Origin: Escherichia coli
Lineage (GTDB): Bacteria > Pseudomonadota > Gammaproteobacteria > Enterobacterales > Enterobacteriaceae
Assembly: GCF_013122565.1 (NCBI RefSeq)
Contig: NZ_CP053258.1
Reading direction: 5' to 3' (one strand)
Length of the DNA stretch: 64,000 bases
A program made the position numbers and the translations under genes. The notes under the pieces are model-generated. The model had not been told where the DNA came from. It did no database searches and saw only the letters and a list, made by a program, of their open reading frames with translations. Shown here piece by piece: positions 47,190 through 59,213 of this stretch (the first letter of the stretch is position 1; each line of letters begins with the position of its first letter).

Positions 47190-47732
47190 TTATTCGTATC
47201 TCATAATAAAAGTCGCGTCAGCATTTGCTTGCCCTGCTGATGCACTTGTACCGGTGCCTTTATAACGTGCAGAAAAATGAAGAACGTTGGTCCCGGGGAT
47301 CAAGTTCTGGTTGGTTGAGAAGCTATTCCCATCAGGTTTGAGAATTGCGGATGTATTATCAAGTATTTCAATACCGACACCCGTTGCTGTTGTTGTATTG
47401 GTACTGGATGCAATGGCCAATAAATTATCATTGATTGCATCAGCCTGACCAGAAAATGCAACGGCAGCATTAGCGGCAACAACAGGATCGCAGTCGTTCA
47501 ACTGTATAGTGAATGGAATTAATGCAGAGGTATTACCAACAGCATTGAAAATATCGGTACGATATTGACCGAGTGTGACAACCTGGTCTGCCGAGTCAGT
47601 ATTCACTGAACAGGCAGCATTCACCAGTTCGCCTTCAAAGTGAATTGTACCGCCATCTACAACGGCAGCATAACTACCCGTAGCGGCGAATAGTGCGGCA
47701 GCCAGCGCAGACGAAATAAATCTTAATTTCAT
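47190..47732 (-). CDS. sfmA: fimbrial major subunit SfmA
   Basis: ORF track 47190..47765; start placed at [22 protein letters not shown] (180 aa). Confidence 0.88.
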   Translation of the reverse strand: MKLRFISSALAAALFAATGSYAAVVDGGTIHFEGELVNAACSVNTDSADQVVTLGQYRTDIFNAVGNTSALIPFTIQLNDCDPVVAANAAVAFSGQADAINDNLLAIASSTNTTTATGVGIEILDNTSAILKPDGNSFSTNQNLIPGTNVLHFSARYKGTGTSASAGQANADATFIMRYE

Positions 47733-48210
47733 ATATATTCCTTCAATCTCATTTATCGACTCCACATCCGTATATAACCGATTACTTTATTTAAGACACT
47801 GATAGTAGTAAATTCCTTTTTATCCTCTAAGAATGTCTTAATTGAAAATATGCACTCTATTCTAAAAAATAGAGAGCCCCGTTAGATGAATACTTCCGCG
47901 CAAAATATATTCAACACAAATATAGACCTGAAGCGGTAAATTACCAGGCTGAAAATTCTTTTTATATTGTCAGGTATTTCTTAAATTATCTTAATCCTTT
48001 GACAAGGAAATAAGTCAGTTCCAGATTTACAACGCCATCATGGACGAAAAATGAAGCTTTCAATCTCAGCGACCTCAGCGACGGTGCGCCTAACCTTCGC
48101 AAGAGGCGCTTCACGCGATAAATCTGAAACGAAACCTGACAGCGCGCCCCGCTTCTGACAAAATAGGCGCATCCCCTTCGACCTACGTAACAGATGGAAT
48201 CCTCTCTCTG

Positions 48211-49077
48211 ATGGCAGCAAAGATTATTGACGGTAAAACGATTGCGCAGCAGGTGCGCTCTGAAGTTGCTCAAAAAGTTCAGGCGCGTATTGCAGCCGGA
48301 CTGCGGGCACCAGGACTGGCCGTTGTGCTGGTGGGTAGTAACCCTGCATCGCAAATTTATGTCGCAAGCAAACGCAAGGCTTGTGAAGAAGTCGGGTTCG
48401 TCTCCCGCTCTTACGACCTCCCGGAAACCACCAGCGAAGCGGAGCTGCTGGAGCTTATCGATACGCTGAATGCCGATAACACCATCGATGGCATTCTGGT
48501 TCAACTGCCGTTACCGGCGGGTATTGATAACGTCAAAGTACTGGAACGTATACACCCGGACAAAGACGTAGACGGTTTCCATCCTTATAACGTCGGTCGC
48601 CTGTGCCAGCGCGCGCCGCGTCTGCGTCCCTGCACCCCGCGCGGTATTGTCACGCTGCTTGAGCGTTACAACATTGATACCTTCGGCCTCAACGCCGTGG
48701 TGATTGGCGCATCGAATATCGTTGGCCGCCCGATGAGCATGGAACTGCTACTGGCAGGTTGCACCACCACCGTTACCCACCGTTTCACTAAAAATCTGCG
48801 TCACCACGTAGAAAATGCCGATCTACTGATCGTTGCCGTCGGCAAGCCGGGCTTTATTCCTGGTGACTGGATCAAAGAAGGCGCAATTGTGATTGATGTC
48901 GGCATCAACCGTCTGGAAAATGGCAAAGTTGTGGGCGACGTCGTGTTTGAAGACGCGGCTAAACGCGCCTCATACATTACGCCTGTTCCGGGCGGCGTTG
49001 GCCCGATGACGGTTGCCACGCTGATTGAAAACACGCTACAGGCGTGCGTTGAATATCATGATCCACAGGGTGAGTAA
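48211..49077 (+). CDS. folD: bifunctional methylenetetrahydrofolate dehydrogenase / methenyl-THF cyclohydrolase FolD
   Basis: 288-aa [26 protein letters not shown]... Confidence 0.95.
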   Translation: MAAKIIDGKTIAQQVRSEVAQKVQARIAAGLRAPGLAVVLVGSNPASQIYVASKRKACEEVGFVSRSYDLPETTSEAELLELIDTLNADNTIDGILVQLPLPAGIDNVKVLERIHPDKDVDGFHPYNVGRLCQRAPRLRPCTPRGIVTLLERYNIDTFGLNAVVIGASNIVGRPMSMELLLAGCTTTVTHRFTKNLRHHVENADLLIVAVGKPGFIPGDWIKEGAIVIDVGINRLENGKVVGDVVFEDAAKRASYITPVPGGVGPMTVATLIENTLQACVEYHDPQGE

Positions 49078-49078
49078 C

Positions 49079-49291
49079 ATGGCGACATTTTCTTTAGGTA
49101 AACATCCGCACGTTGAGCTGTGCGACTTGCTGAAACTGGAAGGCTGGAGCGAAAGCGGCGCGCAGGCGAAAATCGCGATTGCCGAAGGCCAGGTGAAAGT
49201 TGATGGCGCGGTTGAAACGCGCAAACGCTGCAAAATCGTCGCCGGTCAGACAGTGAGTTTTGCAGGTCACAGCGTACAGGTTGTTGCCTGA
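49079..49291 (+). CDS. ybcJ: S4-like RNA-binding protein YbcJ
   Basis: ORF track 49025..49291; start placed at MATFSLGKHPHVELCDLLK (70 aa), 1 bp after the folD stop. Confidence 0.85.
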   Translation: MATFSLGKHPHVELCDLLKLEGWSESGAQAKIAIAEGQVKVDGAVETRKRCKIVAGQTVSFAGHSVQVVA

Positions 49292-49398
49292 TCCCTTTCC
49301 CGGCCTGTATCAACAGGCCGGTTCTCTTTTCAGACTTTTGCCCTCTACGCCCCGTTCATCCATGCTGATAGCATCGACATTTTGCCGAAGCGACCATC

Positions 49399-49920
49399 AT
49401 GCCAACCGTTATTACGCACGCCGCCGTTCCCCTATGCATTGGTTTAGGGTTGGGTTCGAAAGTCATCCCTCCGCGTCTGTTATTTGCCGGAATCATCCTG
49501 GCGATGCTGCCCGACGCAGACGTATTGTCGTTTAAATTTGGCGTTGCTTACGGCAATGTTTTTGGTCATCGCGGGTTTACCCATTCGCTGGTGTTTGCGT
49601 TTGTTGTCCCGCTGTTATGTGTGCTGATTGGACGCCGATGGTTCAGGGCTGGGCTGATTCGCTGCTGGCTGTTTTTAACCGTCTCGTTGCTATCGCACAG
49701 CATGCTGGATTCGGTAACCACTGGTGGTAAGGGTGTTGGCTGGCTGTGGCCGTGGTCAGATGAACGCTTTTTCGCTCCCTGGCAGGTGATTAAAGTCGCG
49801 CCGTTTGCATTGTCTCGTTACACCACAGCGTACGGGCATCAGGTGATTATTTCTGAATTGATGTGGGTGTGGTTGCCGGGGATGCTACTGATGGGAATGT
49901 TGTGGTGGCGCAGACGATAA
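49399..49920 (+). CDS. ybcI: inner-membrane protein YbcI (DUF457)
   Basis: 173-aa hydrophobic ORF MPTVITHAAVPLCIGLGLGSK... Confidence 0.85.
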   Translation: MPTVITHAAVPLCIGLGLGSKVIPPRLLFAGIILAMLPDADVLSFKFGVAYGNVFGHRGFTHSLVFAFVVPLLCVLIGRRWFRAGLIRCWLFLTVSLLSHSMLDSVTTGGKGVGWLWPWSDERFFAPWQVIKVAPFALSRYTTAYGHQVIISELMWVWLPGMLLMGMLWWRRR

Positions 49921-49944
49921 CCGGATGCGAAAACTCGCATCCGG
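49921..49944. other. stable hairpin between the convergent ybcI and cysS 3' ends
   Basis: ccggatgcg-aaaact-cgcatccgg, 9-bp perfect stem; no clear U-tract on either strand, so terminator function is uncertain. Confidence 0.35.
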
Positions 49945-49955
49945 CAATAGCGCAA

Positions 49956-51341
49956 TTACTTACGACGCCAGGTGGTCCCTTGCGGGCCATCTTCCAGCAC
50001 GATCCCCATCTCATTAAGACGGTCACGCGCCGCATCTGCCGCCGCCCAGTCTTTCGCTTTACGGGCATCCAGACGCTGTTGAATTAACGCTTCAATCTCA
50101 GCCACTTCGCTGTCGTCTGCCTGCGCGCCGCTTTGCAGGAACGCTTCCGGTTCTTGCTCCAGCAGGCCCAGTACGGCGGAAAGTTTACGCAGGTGAGATG
50201 CCATTGCATTCGCCGCTGCCATATCTTCTGCTTTCAGACGGTTCACTTCACGCGCCATATCAAACAGCACGGAATAGGCTTCCGGGGTGTTGAAATCGTC
50301 GTCCATCGCTTCAATAAAGCGCGCTTCAAACGCTTCGCCACCGGCAGGGGCAACAGATTTATCCGTACCGCGCAGCGCAGTGTAGAGACGCTCCAGCGCC
50401 GCACGCGCCTGCTTCAGGTTCTCTTCGCTGTAGTTCAGTTGGCTGCGATAGTGGCCCGACATCAGGAAGTAACGCACGGTTTCCGCGTCGTAGTATTTCA
50501 GCACATCACGCACGGTGAAGAAGTTACCCAGCGATTTGGACATCTTCTCGCGGTCAACCATCACCATCCCGGAGTGCATCCAGTAGTTCACATACTGGCC
50601 ATCATGCGCACAGGTGGACTGAGCGATTTCGTTCTCGTGGTGCGGGAACATCAGGTCTGAACCGCCGCCGTGGATATCAAAGTGGTTACCCAGCTGCTTG
50701 CAGTTCATTGCCGAACATTCAATGTGCCAGCCTGGACGGCCCGCGCCCCACGGAGACGGCCAGCTCGGTTCGCCCTCTTTCGACATCTTCCACAGAACGA
50801 AGTCCATCGGGTTGCGTTTGTCATCAACCACGTCAACGCGCGCGCCAGCCTGCAACTGGTCGAGATCCTGACGCGACAGCACGCCATAAGTCGGATCGGT
50901 CGGGACGTCGAACATCACGTCGCCGTTGTCCGCCACATAAGCGTGACCTTTGGCGATCAGTTGTTCAGTGAGTTCAATAATTTCTGCGATATGGTGTGTC
51001 GCGCGCGGCTCCATATCCGGGCGCAAAATGTTCAAAGCATCAAAATCTTTGTGCATTTCGGCGATCATGCGATCCACCAGCGCCACAAAGCTTTCGCCAT
51101 TTTCATTGGCGCGTTTGATGATTTTGTCGTCGATATCGGTAATGTTGCGTACATACTTCAGCTTATAGCCGAGGAAACGCAGATAGCGCGCAACCACGTC
51201 AAAGGCAACAAAGGTACGCCCGTGACCGATATGACAGAGATCGTAAACGGTGATTCCACACACGTACATGCCGACTTCCCCGGCGTGAATAGGCTTAAAT
51301 TCCTCTTTTTGGCGTGTCAGAGTATTGAAGATTTTTAGCAT
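49956..51341 (-). CDS. cysS: cysteine--tRNA ligase CysS
   Basis: 461-aa [18 protein letters not shown]... with HIGH motif (CHIGHGRT) and KMSKS motif. Confidence 0.95.
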   Translation of the reverse strand: MLKIFNTLTRQKEEFKPIHAGEVGMYVCGITVYDLCHIGHGRTFVAFDVVARYLRFLGYKLKYVRNITDIDDKIIKRANENGESFVALVDRMIAEMHKDFDALNILRPDMEPRATHHIAEIIELTEQLIAKGHAYVADNGDVMFDVPTDPTYGVLSRQDLDQLQAGARVDVVDDKRNPMDFVLWKMSKEGEPSWPSPWGAGRPGWHIECSAMNCKQLGNHFDIHGGGSDLMFPHHENEIAQSTCAHDGQYVNYWMHSGMVMVDREKMSKSLGNFFTVRDVLKYYDAETVRYFLMSGHYRSQLNYSEENLKQARAALERLYTALRGTDKSVAPAGGEAFEARFIEAMDDDFNTPEAYSVLFDMAREVNRLKAEDMAAANAMASHLRKLSAVLGLLEQEPEAFLQSGAQADDSEVAEIEALIQQRLDARKAKDWAAADAARDRLNEMGIVLEDGPQGTTWRRK

Positions 51342-51514
51342 CGAAGATTCCGTTTAGACATGTGTGGGTAATTGAGTTGCGTATAATACCCATATTTCCC
51401 GCGCGAATCAGCATACATTGCGTGATGATCCGATCGTGCGGTTATGCTATAACACCACCCTATATATGACCCGAACTGGGTTGAAGCACCAATCAAACGG
51501 AACAGGATGCAAAA

Positions 51515-52009
51515 ATGGTTACTTTCCACACCAATCACGGCGATATTGTCATCAAAACTTTTGACGATAAAGCACCTGAAACAGTTAAAAACTTCCTGGA
51601 CTACTGCCGCGAAGGTTTTTACAACAACACCATTTTCCACCGTGTTATCAACGGCTTTATGATTCAGGGCGGCGGTTTTGAACCGGGCATGAAACAAAAA
51701 GCCACCAAAGAACCGATCAAAAACGAAGCCAACAACGGTCTGAAAAATACCCGTGGTACGCTGGCAATGGCCCGTACTCAGGCTCCGCACTCTGCAACTG
51801 CACAGTTCTTCATCAACGTGGTTGATAACGATTTCCTGAACTTCTCTGGCGAAAGCCTGCAAGGTTGGGGCTACTGCGTGTTTGCTGAAGTGGTTGAAGG
51901 CATGGACGTGGTAGACAAAATCAAAGGTGTTGCAACCGGTCGTAGCGGTATGCACCAGGACGTGCCAAAAGAAGACGTTATCATTGAAAGCGTGACCGTT
52001 AGCGAGTAA
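51515..52009 (+). CDS. ppiB: peptidyl-prolyl cis-trans isomerase B (cyclophilin)
   Basis: 164-aa [30 protein letters not shown]... Confidence 0.95.
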   Translation: MVTFHTNHGDIVIKTFDDKAPETVKNFLDYCREGFYNNTIFHRVINGFMIQGGGFEPGMKQKATKEPIKNEANNGLKNTRGTLAMARTQAPHSATAQFFINVVDNDFLNFSGESLQGWGYCVFAEVVEGMDVVDKIKGVATGRSGMHQDVPKEDVIIESVTVSE

Positions 52010-52011
52010 TC

Positions 52012-52734
52012 GTGGCGACACTCTTTATTGCAGATCTTCATCTCTGCGTGGAAGAACCGGCGATCACCGCCGGTTTTCTGCGTTTTTTAGCGGGGGAAGC
52101 TCGCAAGGCCGACGCGCTGTATATTCTTGGCGATCTGTTTGAAGCGTGGATTGGCGACGACGATCCCAACCCACTCCATCGCCAGATGGCGGCAGCGATC
52201 AAAGCGGTGTCCGATTCCGGCGTTCCCTGTTATTTCATTCATGGCAACCGTGATTTTCTGCTCGGCAAACGCTTTGCCCGTGAAAGCGGCATGACGTTAT
52301 TGCCGGAAGAAAAGGTGCTCGAACTTTATGGTCGTCGGGTGTTGATTATGCATGGCGACACGCTGTGCACCGATGACGCGGGTTATCAGGCTTTTCGCGC
52401 CAAAGTCCACAAACCCTGGCTGCAAACGCTATTCCTCGCCCTGCCGTTGTTTGTGCGCAAACGCATTGCCGCGCGAATGCGCGCGAACAGTAAAGAAGCC
52501 AACAGCAGTAAATCGCTGGCGATCATGGACGTTAACCAAAACGCGGTGGTCAGTGCGATGGAAAAACATCAGGTGCAATGGCTGATCCACGGGCATACCC
52601 ATCGCCCGGCGGTACATGAACTTATCGCCAACCAGCAACCTGCTTTTCGCGTGGTACTGGGTGCCTGGCATACGGAAGGTTCGATGGTGAAAGTCACGGC
52701 GGATGACGTTGAACTGATTCATTTTCCGTTTTAA
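52012..52734 (+). CDS. lpxH: UDP-2,3-diacylglucosamine pyrophosphatase LpxH
   Basis: 240-aa ORF, GTG start, [19 protein letters not shown]...; metallophosphatase motifs GDLFE and GNRD. Confidence 0.93.
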   Translation: MATLFIADLHLCVEEPAITAGFLRFLAGEARKADALYILGDLFEAWIGDDDPNPLHRQMAAAIKAVSDSGVPCYFIHGNRDFLLGKRFARESGMTLLPEEKVLELYGRRVLIMHGDTLCTDDAGYQAFRAKVHKPWLQTLFLALPLFVRKRIAARMRANSKEANSSKSLAIMDVNQNAVVSAMEKHQVQWLIHGHTHRPAVHELIANQQPAFRVVLGAWHTEGSMVKVTADDVELIHFPF

Positions 52735-52763
52735 ATACCCACAACTTTGCTGATTTCACAGCC

Positions 52764-52779
52764 ACGCAACCGTTTTCCT
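52764..52779. promoter_or_regulatory. candidate PurR operator upstream of purEK
   Basis: acgcaaccgttttcct resembles the 16-bp PUR box (ACGCAAACGTTTTCNT-like), about 70 bp upstream of the purE ATG. Confidence 0.5.
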
Positions 52780-52850
52780 TGCTCTCTTTCCGTGCTATTC
52801 TCTGTGCCCTCTAAAGCCGAGAGTTGTGCACCACAGGAGTTTTAAGACGC

Positions 52851-53360
52851 ATGTCTTCCCGCAATAATCCGGCGCGTGTCGCCATCGTGATGGGGTCCAA
52901 AAGCGACTGGGCTACCATGCAGTTCGCCGCCGAAATCTTCGAAATCCTGAATGTCCCGCACCACGTTGAAGTGGTTTCTGCTCACCGCACCCCCGATAAA
53001 CTGTTCAGCTTCGCCGAAAGCGCCGAAGAGAACGGTTATCAGGTGATTATTGCGGGCGCAGGCGGCGCAGCGCACCTGCCGGGTATGATTGCCGCCAAAA
53101 CGCTGGTGCCAGTGCTGGGCGTGCCAGTACAGAGCGCCGCACTGAGCGGTGTCGATAGCCTCTACTCCATCGTACAAATGCCGCGCGGCATTCCGGTGGG
53201 TACGCTGGCGATTGGTAAAGCTGGCGCGGCAAACGCGGCGTTACTGGCAGCACAAATTCTTGCGACTCATGATAAAGAACTGCACCAGCGTCTGAATGAC
53301 TGGCGCAAAGCCCAGACCGACGAAGTGCTGGAAAACCCGGACCCGCGAGGTGCGGCATGA
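52851..53360 (+). CDS. purE: N5-carboxyaminoimidazole ribonucleotide mutase PurE
   Basis: ORF track 52824..53360; start placed at [20 protein letters not shown] (169 aa). Confidence 0.95.
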   Translation: MSSRNNPARVAIVMGSKSDWATMQFAAEIFEILNVPHHVEVVSAHRTPDKLFSFAESAEENGYQVIIAGAGGAAHLPGMIAAKTLVPVLGVPVQSAALSGVDSLYSIVQMPRGIPVGTLAIGKAGAANAALLAAQILATHDKELHQRLNDWRKAQTDEVLENPDPRGAA

Positions 53361-54424
53361 AACAGGTTTGCGTCCTCGGGAACGGGCAGTTAGGCCGTAT
53401 GCTGCGTCAGGCAGGCGAACCGTTAGGCATTGCTGTCTGGCCAGTCGGGCTGGACGCTGAACCGGCGGCGGTGCCTTTTCAACAAAGCGTGATTACCGCT
53501 GAGATAGAACGCTGGCCGGAAACCGCATTAACCCGCGAGCTGGCGCGCCATCCGGCCTTTGTGAACCGCGATGTGTTCCCGATTATTGCTGACCGTCTGA
53601 CTCAGAAGCAGCTTTTCGATAAGCTCCACCTACCGACTGCACCGTGGCAGTTACTTGCCGAACGCAGCGAGTGGCCTGCGGTGTTTGATCGTTTAGGTGA
53701 GCTGGCGATTGTTAAGCGTCGCACTGGTGGCTATGACGGACGCGGTCAATGGCGTTTACGCGCCGATGAAACCGAGCAGTTACCGGCTGAATGCTACGGC
53801 GAATGTATTGTCGAGCAGGGCATAAACTTCTCTGGTGAAGTGTCGCTGGTTGGCGCGCGCGGCTTTGATGGCAGCACCGTGTTTTATCCGCTGACGCATA
53901 ACCTGCATCAGGACGGTATTTTGCGCACCAGCGTCGCTTTCCCGCAGGCCAATGCGCAGCAGCAAGCGCAAGCCGAAGAGATGCTTTCGGCGATTATGCA
54001 GGAGCTGGGCTATGTGGGCGTGATGGCGATGGAGTGTTTTGTCACCCCGCAAGGTCTGCTGATCAACGAACTGGCTCCGCGTGTGCATAACAGCGGTCAC
54101 TGGACACAAAACGGTGCCAGCATCAGCCAGTTTGAGCTGCATCTGCGGGCGATTACCGATCTGCCGTTACCGCAACCGGTAGTGAATAGTCCGTCGGTGA
54201 TGATCAATCTGATTGGTAGCGATGTGAATTATGACTGGCTGAAACTGCCGCTGGTGCATCTGCACTGGTACGACAAAGAAGTCCGTCCGGGCCGTAAAGT
54301 GGGGCATCTGAATTTGACCGACAGCGACACATCGCGTCTGACCGCGACGCTGGAAGCCTTAATCCCGCTGCTGCCGCCAGAATATGCCAGCGGCGTGATG
54401 TGGGCGCAGAGTAAGTTCAGTTAA
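53357..54424 (+). CDS. purK: N5-carboxyaminoimidazole ribonucleotide synthetase PurK
   Basis: 355-aa [23 protein letters not shown]...; overlaps the purE stop (ATGA). Confidence 0.95.
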   Translation: MKQVCVLGNGQLGRMLRQAGEPLGIAVWPVGLDAEPAAVPFQQSVITAEIERWPETALTRELARHPAFVNRDVFPIIADRLTQKQLFDKLHLPTAPWQLLAERSEWPAVFDRLGELAIVKRRTGGYDGRGQWRLRADETEQLPAECYGECIVEQGINFSGEVSLVGARGFDGSTVFYPLTHNLHQDGILRTSVAFPQANAQQQAQAEEMLSAIMQELGYVGVMAMECFVTPQGLLINELAPRVHNSGHWTQNGASISQFELHLRAITDLPLPQPVVNSPSVMINLIGSDVNYDWLKLPLVHLHWYDKEVRPGRKVGHLNLTDSDTSRLTATLEALIPLLPPEYASGVMWAQSKFS

Positions 54425-54441
54425 CCTGGTGCTCATTTGAT

Positions 54442-54529
54442 TGCCGGATGCGGCGTGAACGCCTTATCCGGCTTAACGCTCCGGTACCCATTGTAGGCCT
54501 GATAAGACGCGTCAAGCGTCGCATCAGGC
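54442..54529. repeat. pair of REP elements (BIME-like) between purK and ybcF
   Basis: tgccggatgcggcgtgaacgccttatccggc and gtaggcctgataagacgcgtcaagcgtcgcatcaggc; coordinates anchored to the purK and ybcF stops. Confidence 0.6.
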
Positions 54530-54560
54530 ATAGTGCACCGATTGCTGGATGCTCTCATCA

Positions 54561-55454
54561 CTACAGCGAAATACAGGTCCCCGCTTCGCCCGCCAGCGTC
54601 TCTTCAATTCGCGATAACGCCCCAATCCACGCGGGTTTACCACGGCTTCTGACATAACCACTCACCGCCGTTACCTTCGGCCCCATCGAACCATCGGCTT
54701 TGGCAAATGGCGCTAACTCATCCGGTGTGGCATGGCGAATGGCACGTTGCTGCGGCGTTCCCCAGTTTTCATATACCGCATCAGCATCGGTGAGGATCAC
54801 CAGTCCATCGGCGTTAATCTGCTCAGCGAGCAACGCAGCAGCGAGATCTTTATCAATCACCGCTTCACTCCCTGCCCCATCTTCCGTCACAGGCACACCG
54901 CCGCCGCCACTGCAAATCACCACATGCCCCTCTTTGAGCAACAACTCAATGGCTTCGCTGTCGAGAATTTTACGCGGTTGCGGAGACGCCACCACCCGGC
55001 GCAAATATTTACCATCACGTTTCATCTGCCAGCCGTAAGCCGCTTCCAGTGCCTTTTGTTCTTCTGGCTGATAAACCGGACCGATAAACTTCTCTGGCTG
55101 CAAAAATGCCGGATCATCAGGCGAAACTTCAATGCGCGTCAGCACTGTCGTGACAGGCGGCATCTGCGGCTGTGCGCTCAAGCTCTGCGCCAGCATATAG
55201 CCAATCATCCCCTGGCTTTCCGCCACCAGCACATCCAGCGGATACGGTTCTACCTCTTTCCACGCCAGATTCTGCAATGCCAGCAGCCCCACCTGCGGCC
55301 CGTTGCCGTGAACAATCGCCAGCCGATAAGAACGGGCCAGGCGCGCCAGCGCGGGTACAGCACTGGCAATATTGCGATATTGATTTTCTGCCGTCAGCGC
55401 CTCACCGCGCTGGAGTAAGGCGTTGCCCCCAAGAGCCACAACCAACGTTTTCAT
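54561..55454 (-). CDS. ybcF: carbamate kinase-like protein YbcF (ArcC family)
   Basis: 297-aa [28 protein letters not shown]... typical of carbamate/amino-acid kinases. Confidence 0.88.
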   Translation of the reverse strand: MKTLVVALGGNALLQRGEALTAENQYRNIASAVPALARLARSYRLAIVHGNGPQVGLLALQNLAWKEVEPYPLDVLVAESQGMIGYMLAQSLSAQPQMPPVTTVLTRIEVSPDDPAFLQPEKFIGPVYQPEEQKALEAAYGWQMKRDGKYLRRVVASPQPRKILDSEAIELLLKEGHVVICSGGGGVPVTEDGAGSEAVIDKDLAAALLAEQINADGLVILTDADAVYENWGTPQQRAIRHATPDELAPFAKADGSMGPKVTAVSGYVRSRGKPAWIGALSRIEETLAGEAGTCISL

Positions 55455-56266
55455 GGTTTTCCTTGTAATAATTGTTGACCAAGCCAGAACCCCAGCAGCG
55501 TATCTGCCCCTGACGTATGCCCCAGCGCCAGCAGCGAATCAATCGCCGCAGCAGTACGTTTCGGGCAACTCAGAGCATGAGCAAAGTGCAGGAGTGGCGA
55601 GGCGAAATATCCTTGCGCGGCATAACGTAAATAACTGACGCTCACCGCTGTGGTAACGAGTTGAAGATTGTCGGAACAGGCAAAAAACGGGCGACCGGCG
55701 CGCGCATCTAAAGCACCATAATACCAGGCCGCCAGCAGCATTCCGCTCAACGTGTCATCATGACTTGGCGTTAATCCGGGGCCTTTACCCAGCCAGTGCC
55801 GCCAGTCGGTCTTAACGCCATTGAGCGCGGCCTGAAAACAGTGACGAAACTGGCGTAATTCAGCGGGCAGCGGATCGCTTGCCGCCATCGCCAGTGGCCC
55901 GAAAAGTCCGGTTTCCTCCGCGCGTTGCATCCATGCAGCTGCAAGCGGTTGAGGATGCGCAGGCGGCGTAATACGCAGCAAACAATAACGCTGTGGCTGT
56001 TTAACCGTGAAACGCCCGAGGCGAATACCTTGAGCCACAACCTGTGGTCGTTCATTGCCGCATAATCCACCGCATAACGCATCGAATTGCGCGCGGCGAA
56101 GCACCCATCCTCCGGGGCCGAAACCACTACCCTGACGATGCAGCGTTAACAGTTCGCCGCTTTCCGTCATCAGGTTAATCGCCCGTCGCCACACTCCCGC
56201 TAACCGCCAGGACTGGCGATAATTCGGTGCGCTACGGCTGGCAAGCAGAGGATGGATGATCGTCAT
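55451..56266 (-). CDS. ylbF: YlbF (DUF2877)
   Basis: ORF track 55451..56359; start placed at [20 protein letters not shown] (271 aa); 4-bp overlap with ybcF. Confidence 0.83.
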   Translation of the reverse strand: MTIIHPLLASRSAPNYRQSWRLAGVWRRAINLMTESGELLTLHRQGSGFGPGGWVLRRAQFDALCGGLCGNERPQVVAQGIRLGRFTVKQPQRYCLLRITPPAHPQPLAAAWMQRAEETGLFGPLAMAASDPLPAELRQFRHCFQAALNGVKTDWRHWLGKGPGLTPSHDDTLSGMLLAAWYYGALDARAGRPFFACSDNLQLVTTAVSVSYLRYAAQGYFASPLLHFAHALSCPKRTAAAIDSLLALGHTSGADTLLGFWLGQQLLQGKP

Positions 56267-56276
56267 TGCGCGTTCC

Positions 56277-57536
56277 TCAACCAATACCCATGCTTTCAGC
56301 CAGTGCTTCCAGCGCCTGTTCAAAGCACGCCAGCGGTGCCCGCACGGTGCCTGCGCCAATCTGCCCGATCCCCGCCTCTTTATGGGCGATACCGGTATTG
56401 ATGAGTGGCGTAATGCCGGTTTCTACCACGCGACGAATGTCCAGTCCCAGGCACGCGCCCTGAAAATCCCAGCCTGGGATCTGCAACTGCATATTGCGTT
56501 CAAGGTAAATTTCCGCCATCTCTTCAGATACCGCCCTGGCCGCTTCCATGCCACCCGCACCGACAAAGCGCGTTACGCCAGGCGCTGCGATCATTGCCGC
56601 ACCTCCGATACCAAAGGTTTCGGTAATCGCGCTATCGCCCATATCCGGGTTCGCCTGCTCCTGCGAGAAGCCGGTGAAAAACAGACCTTGCGGAGTGTTT
56701 ACAGGCGCAGTAAACCAGCGTTCGCCCAGCCCGCTTACCCGAATCCCGAACATATTGCCGTTGCGGGTCATTGCCGTGACGATGCTGCCTGCGCGGATCA
56801 TCGCGCCAGCATCCATCGCCGCCTTGCAGTAAGCCATCGCGAGGTTGAGGAAGAACTGATCGGTCACGCTGAGGAAATCCATCACTTCCGCAATGTGCTG
56901 TTTATCATGATCGAGGCGAGCAATTTGTGGGGCCAGCGTACGCATTAACAGTGCTGAGGAAGCAATATTGCGTTGATGGAACTCATCGCCCATGGTAATG
57001 CCCTGCGCCATCATTGCCGTGAGATCGATACCGCGCTCCATGCGCCCCAGCGCCGCGCTTAATACTGGCATTAACACATCGCGCATCCAGCGATGGCGAG
57101 TCAGGACATCTTCGCCGTAAGCGCCAAAACGCATCACTTTGCCGATACCTTCGTTGAGGTTGCAGTACGCCCGATTGCCGTCGGTCACGTTCTCGACCAC
57201 CAGCATCGGCATACTGGCAGAAGTAATGCCGCCCATTGGCCCGACGGCATTCACATGGTGACAAGGAATGAAGTTCACTTCCCCCTGCTCCAGTATTGCC
57301 AGCGCCTGCGCTTCATCTTTCGCCCAGCCTTCGAACAGACATGCGCCCACGCACGCCCCTTTCATGGGTCCGGTCATCTCCTGCCAGCGCATTGGCGGCC
57401 CGGCGTGAAGCAGTGTTTTGCCCTCGTTTAGTTCGCTGATAAGTGAAGAAGCCGGTTGCACATCCAGCCAGTGTGGACGAGCACGACGAATTTGTTCGAT
57501 AACCGCAGCATTGGCTTGCGCCACTGATGTAAACAT
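56277..57536 (-). CDS. ylbE: YlbE (DUF1116), single uninterrupted reading frame
   Basis: 419-aa continuous [29 protein letters not shown]... Confidence 0.85.
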   Translation of the reverse strand: MFTSVAQANAAVIEQIRRARPHWLDVQPASSLISELNEGKTLLHAGPPMRWQEMTGPMKGACVGACLFEGWAKDEAQALAILEQGEVNFIPCHHVNAVGPMGGITSASMPMLVVENVTDGNRAYCNLNEGIGKVMRFGAYGEDVLTRHRWMRDVLMPVLSAALGRMERGIDLTAMMAQGITMGDEFHQRNIASSALLMRTLAPQIARLDHDKQHIAEVMDFLSVTDQFFLNLAMAYCKAAMDAGAMIRAGSIVTAMTRNGNMFGIRVSGLGERWFTAPVNTPQGLFFTGFSQEQANPDMGDSAITETFGIGGAAMIAAPGVTRFVGAGGMEAARAVSEEMAEIYLERNMQLQIPGWDFQGACLGLDIRRVVETGITPLINTGIAHKEAGIGQIGAGTVRAPLACFEQALEALAESMGIG

Positions 57537-57545
57537 GGGAACCCC

Positions 57546-59213
57546 TTATTGCAAACGTTCTAATAAACGAGCCAGTTTTTTATTGCCGCCGGCGACTGGC
57601 GACCATTGGTAATGCACAACCGGTTTGCTGGCGCTTTGTAGCTCCAGCGCAAAACTGCGTAATCCGATGTTAATCACGGCGACGTTTTCCAGTAATGACG
57701 GTGTGTGTTGCTGTGCGGCAGGCGAGAGCGGATGAATTAACGCTGCCGCCAGCAAGGTGGCTTCCGGTAGCGAACTCACGACCGCAATCCCCGCATCTTC
57801 CAGCGTGGCGATTTGCTGCGAGCGGCATTGCGGGTCACGTTCGGTACCTGTCACCGTGGCAATGGCGTACAGCGGTTGGCTGTCTGAACGCGCGGCACAG
57901 GCTTTTTGCCAGGCGCTCACCAGCGAGGCGGCAGGATCGGCGGTCGCACCGAAGCCAATCACGACATCAAGCAGCAGCACACGCACTTGCGGTTTAGCGC
58001 CGAGATCGGCAATTAACTGGTTGCGTAAGGTTGGGTCGATCATCGGATGGGGACGCCCGACTGTGTAGAAATCATCGCCGAGGTCAATAATCTGGTGACC
58101 ATCGGCGTCGAGCATCATGCCGTGATGATGGGCATCATCGGCTTCCACGCCAAGGTGTCCGGCAAGTAATCCCGCCGCTTCGGCAGCCAGCGTACCGCCG
58201 GTATACAAACCGCAAATAAATCCGCTGCTGGCAGGCGTTATCGCGTTACGTCGCGCCGTAACGCGTGAAAGCAGGCAAGCCAGGCGTGCGGCCTCATCCA
58301 GCGAGGAGGCAAACCAGACATTCTCGTCGCGGGCCACCGCCGGGGTATAACCTAAAAACAGCGCCACCGTCGGTTTGCCGGTTGCTTTCATGGCATTAAC
58401 AATTTTCAGACGCACAGCTTCGGCAGGTGGTTTTGAAACAAATGCCAGCACTTCGCTTTTCTCGTCTGCACTGAGCATTTCCAGCGCTGTTAGCGCACTG
58501 ATGCCGCCCACTTCACGGCTGAGGTCGCGGCCGCCAAGGCCAATCGCGTGAGTAATTCCCTCCCCTGCCAGCGCAATCTGCGAGCACAGCTCCTGAATCC
58601 CAGTACCGGAAGCGCCAATGACGCCAATGTTGCCTTCCGGCATCACGTTAGCAAAAGCCAGCGGCGTGCCGGCAATCATCGACGTACCGCAGTCCGGCCC
58701 CATCACCAGCAAGCCTTTTTCCCGCGCGCGGGTTTTAAGTTGGATTTCATCTTCCAGCGTGACGTTATCGGAGAACATCATCACGTTGAGGTTGCGATCC
58801 AGCGCCTGCTTCGCCAGCTCCGCCGCATACTCGCCAGCCACTGAAATCAGCGCCAGACTGGCGTCGGGTAATTTCTGACAGGCACTGTCCCAGCGACGCA
58901 CCTGCGTCAACGCCTGGCTGCTGCCTGACCCCTGCGCCAGTTGTTTTAGCGCCTCTTCAAGCTGCTGCATAATCGCCTGCGCGATCCCCGCATCCGCCGC
59001 TTCGCTACGAATTGCCACGCAAATATCGTTCGGCGTGGCGTTATTAAAATCGTCATGCCAGAAACCTGTGGTATCTAATAACGCTTTATTGGCGGGCGTA
59101 CCCATCATTACGGAAACATCATCAACATTTTCTGATTCGCTGAGTTTTCGTGAAATAATCATTAAACTGACCGAATCCTGAAAACACCCTTTTTTAATAA
59201 AGGCGTGGATCAT
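57546..59213 (-). CDS. fdrA: FdrA (succinyl-CoA synthetase alpha-like CoA-binding protein)
   Basis: 555-aa ORF MIHAFIKKGCFQDSVSLMIISRKL... Confidence 0.9.
   Translation of the reverse strand: MIHAFIKKGCFQDSVSLMIISRKLSESENVDDVSVMMGTPANKALLDTTGFWHDDFNNATPNDICVAIRSEAADAGIAQAIMQQLEEALKQLAQGSGSSQALTQVRRWDSACQKLPDASLALISVAGEYAAELAKQALDRNLNVMMFSDNVTLEDEIQLKTRAREKGLLVMGPDCGTSMIAGTPLAFANVMPEGNIGVIGASGTGIQELCSQIALAGEGITHAIGLGGRDLSREVGGISALTALEMLSADEKSEVLAFVSKPPAEAVRLKIVNAMKATGKPTVALFLGYTPAVARDENVWFASSLDEAARLACLLSRVTARRNAITPASSGFICGLYTGGTLAAEAAGLLAGHLGVEADDAHHHGMMLDADGHQIIDLGDDFYTVGRPHPMIDPTLRNQLIADLGAKPQVRVLLLDVVIGFGATADPAASLVSAWQKACAARSDSQPLYAIATVTGTERDPQCRSQQIATLEDAGIAVVSSLPEATLLAAALIHPLSPAAQQHTPSLLENVAVINIGLRSFALELQSASKPVVHYQWSPVAGGNKKLARLLERLQ

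Noticed and set aside
47986-48504. 172-aa minus-strand ORF overlapping the folD 5' end
   Set aside because: Antisense overlap with folD and the AT-rich sfm control region; low-complexity translation.
49921-49944. Hairpin after ybcI considered as a bidirectional intrinsic terminator
   Set aside because: Strong stem but no U-tract on either strand; kept only as a generic hairpin feature with low confidence.
50133-51338. Plus-strand ORFs of 175 and 222 aa antisense to cysS
   Set aside because: Embedded in an essential, confidently called aminoacyl-tRNA synthetase gene; no recognisable domains.
54732-55418. 228-aa plus-strand ORF antisense to ybcF
   Set aside because: Low-complexity translation fully contained within the ybcF coding region.
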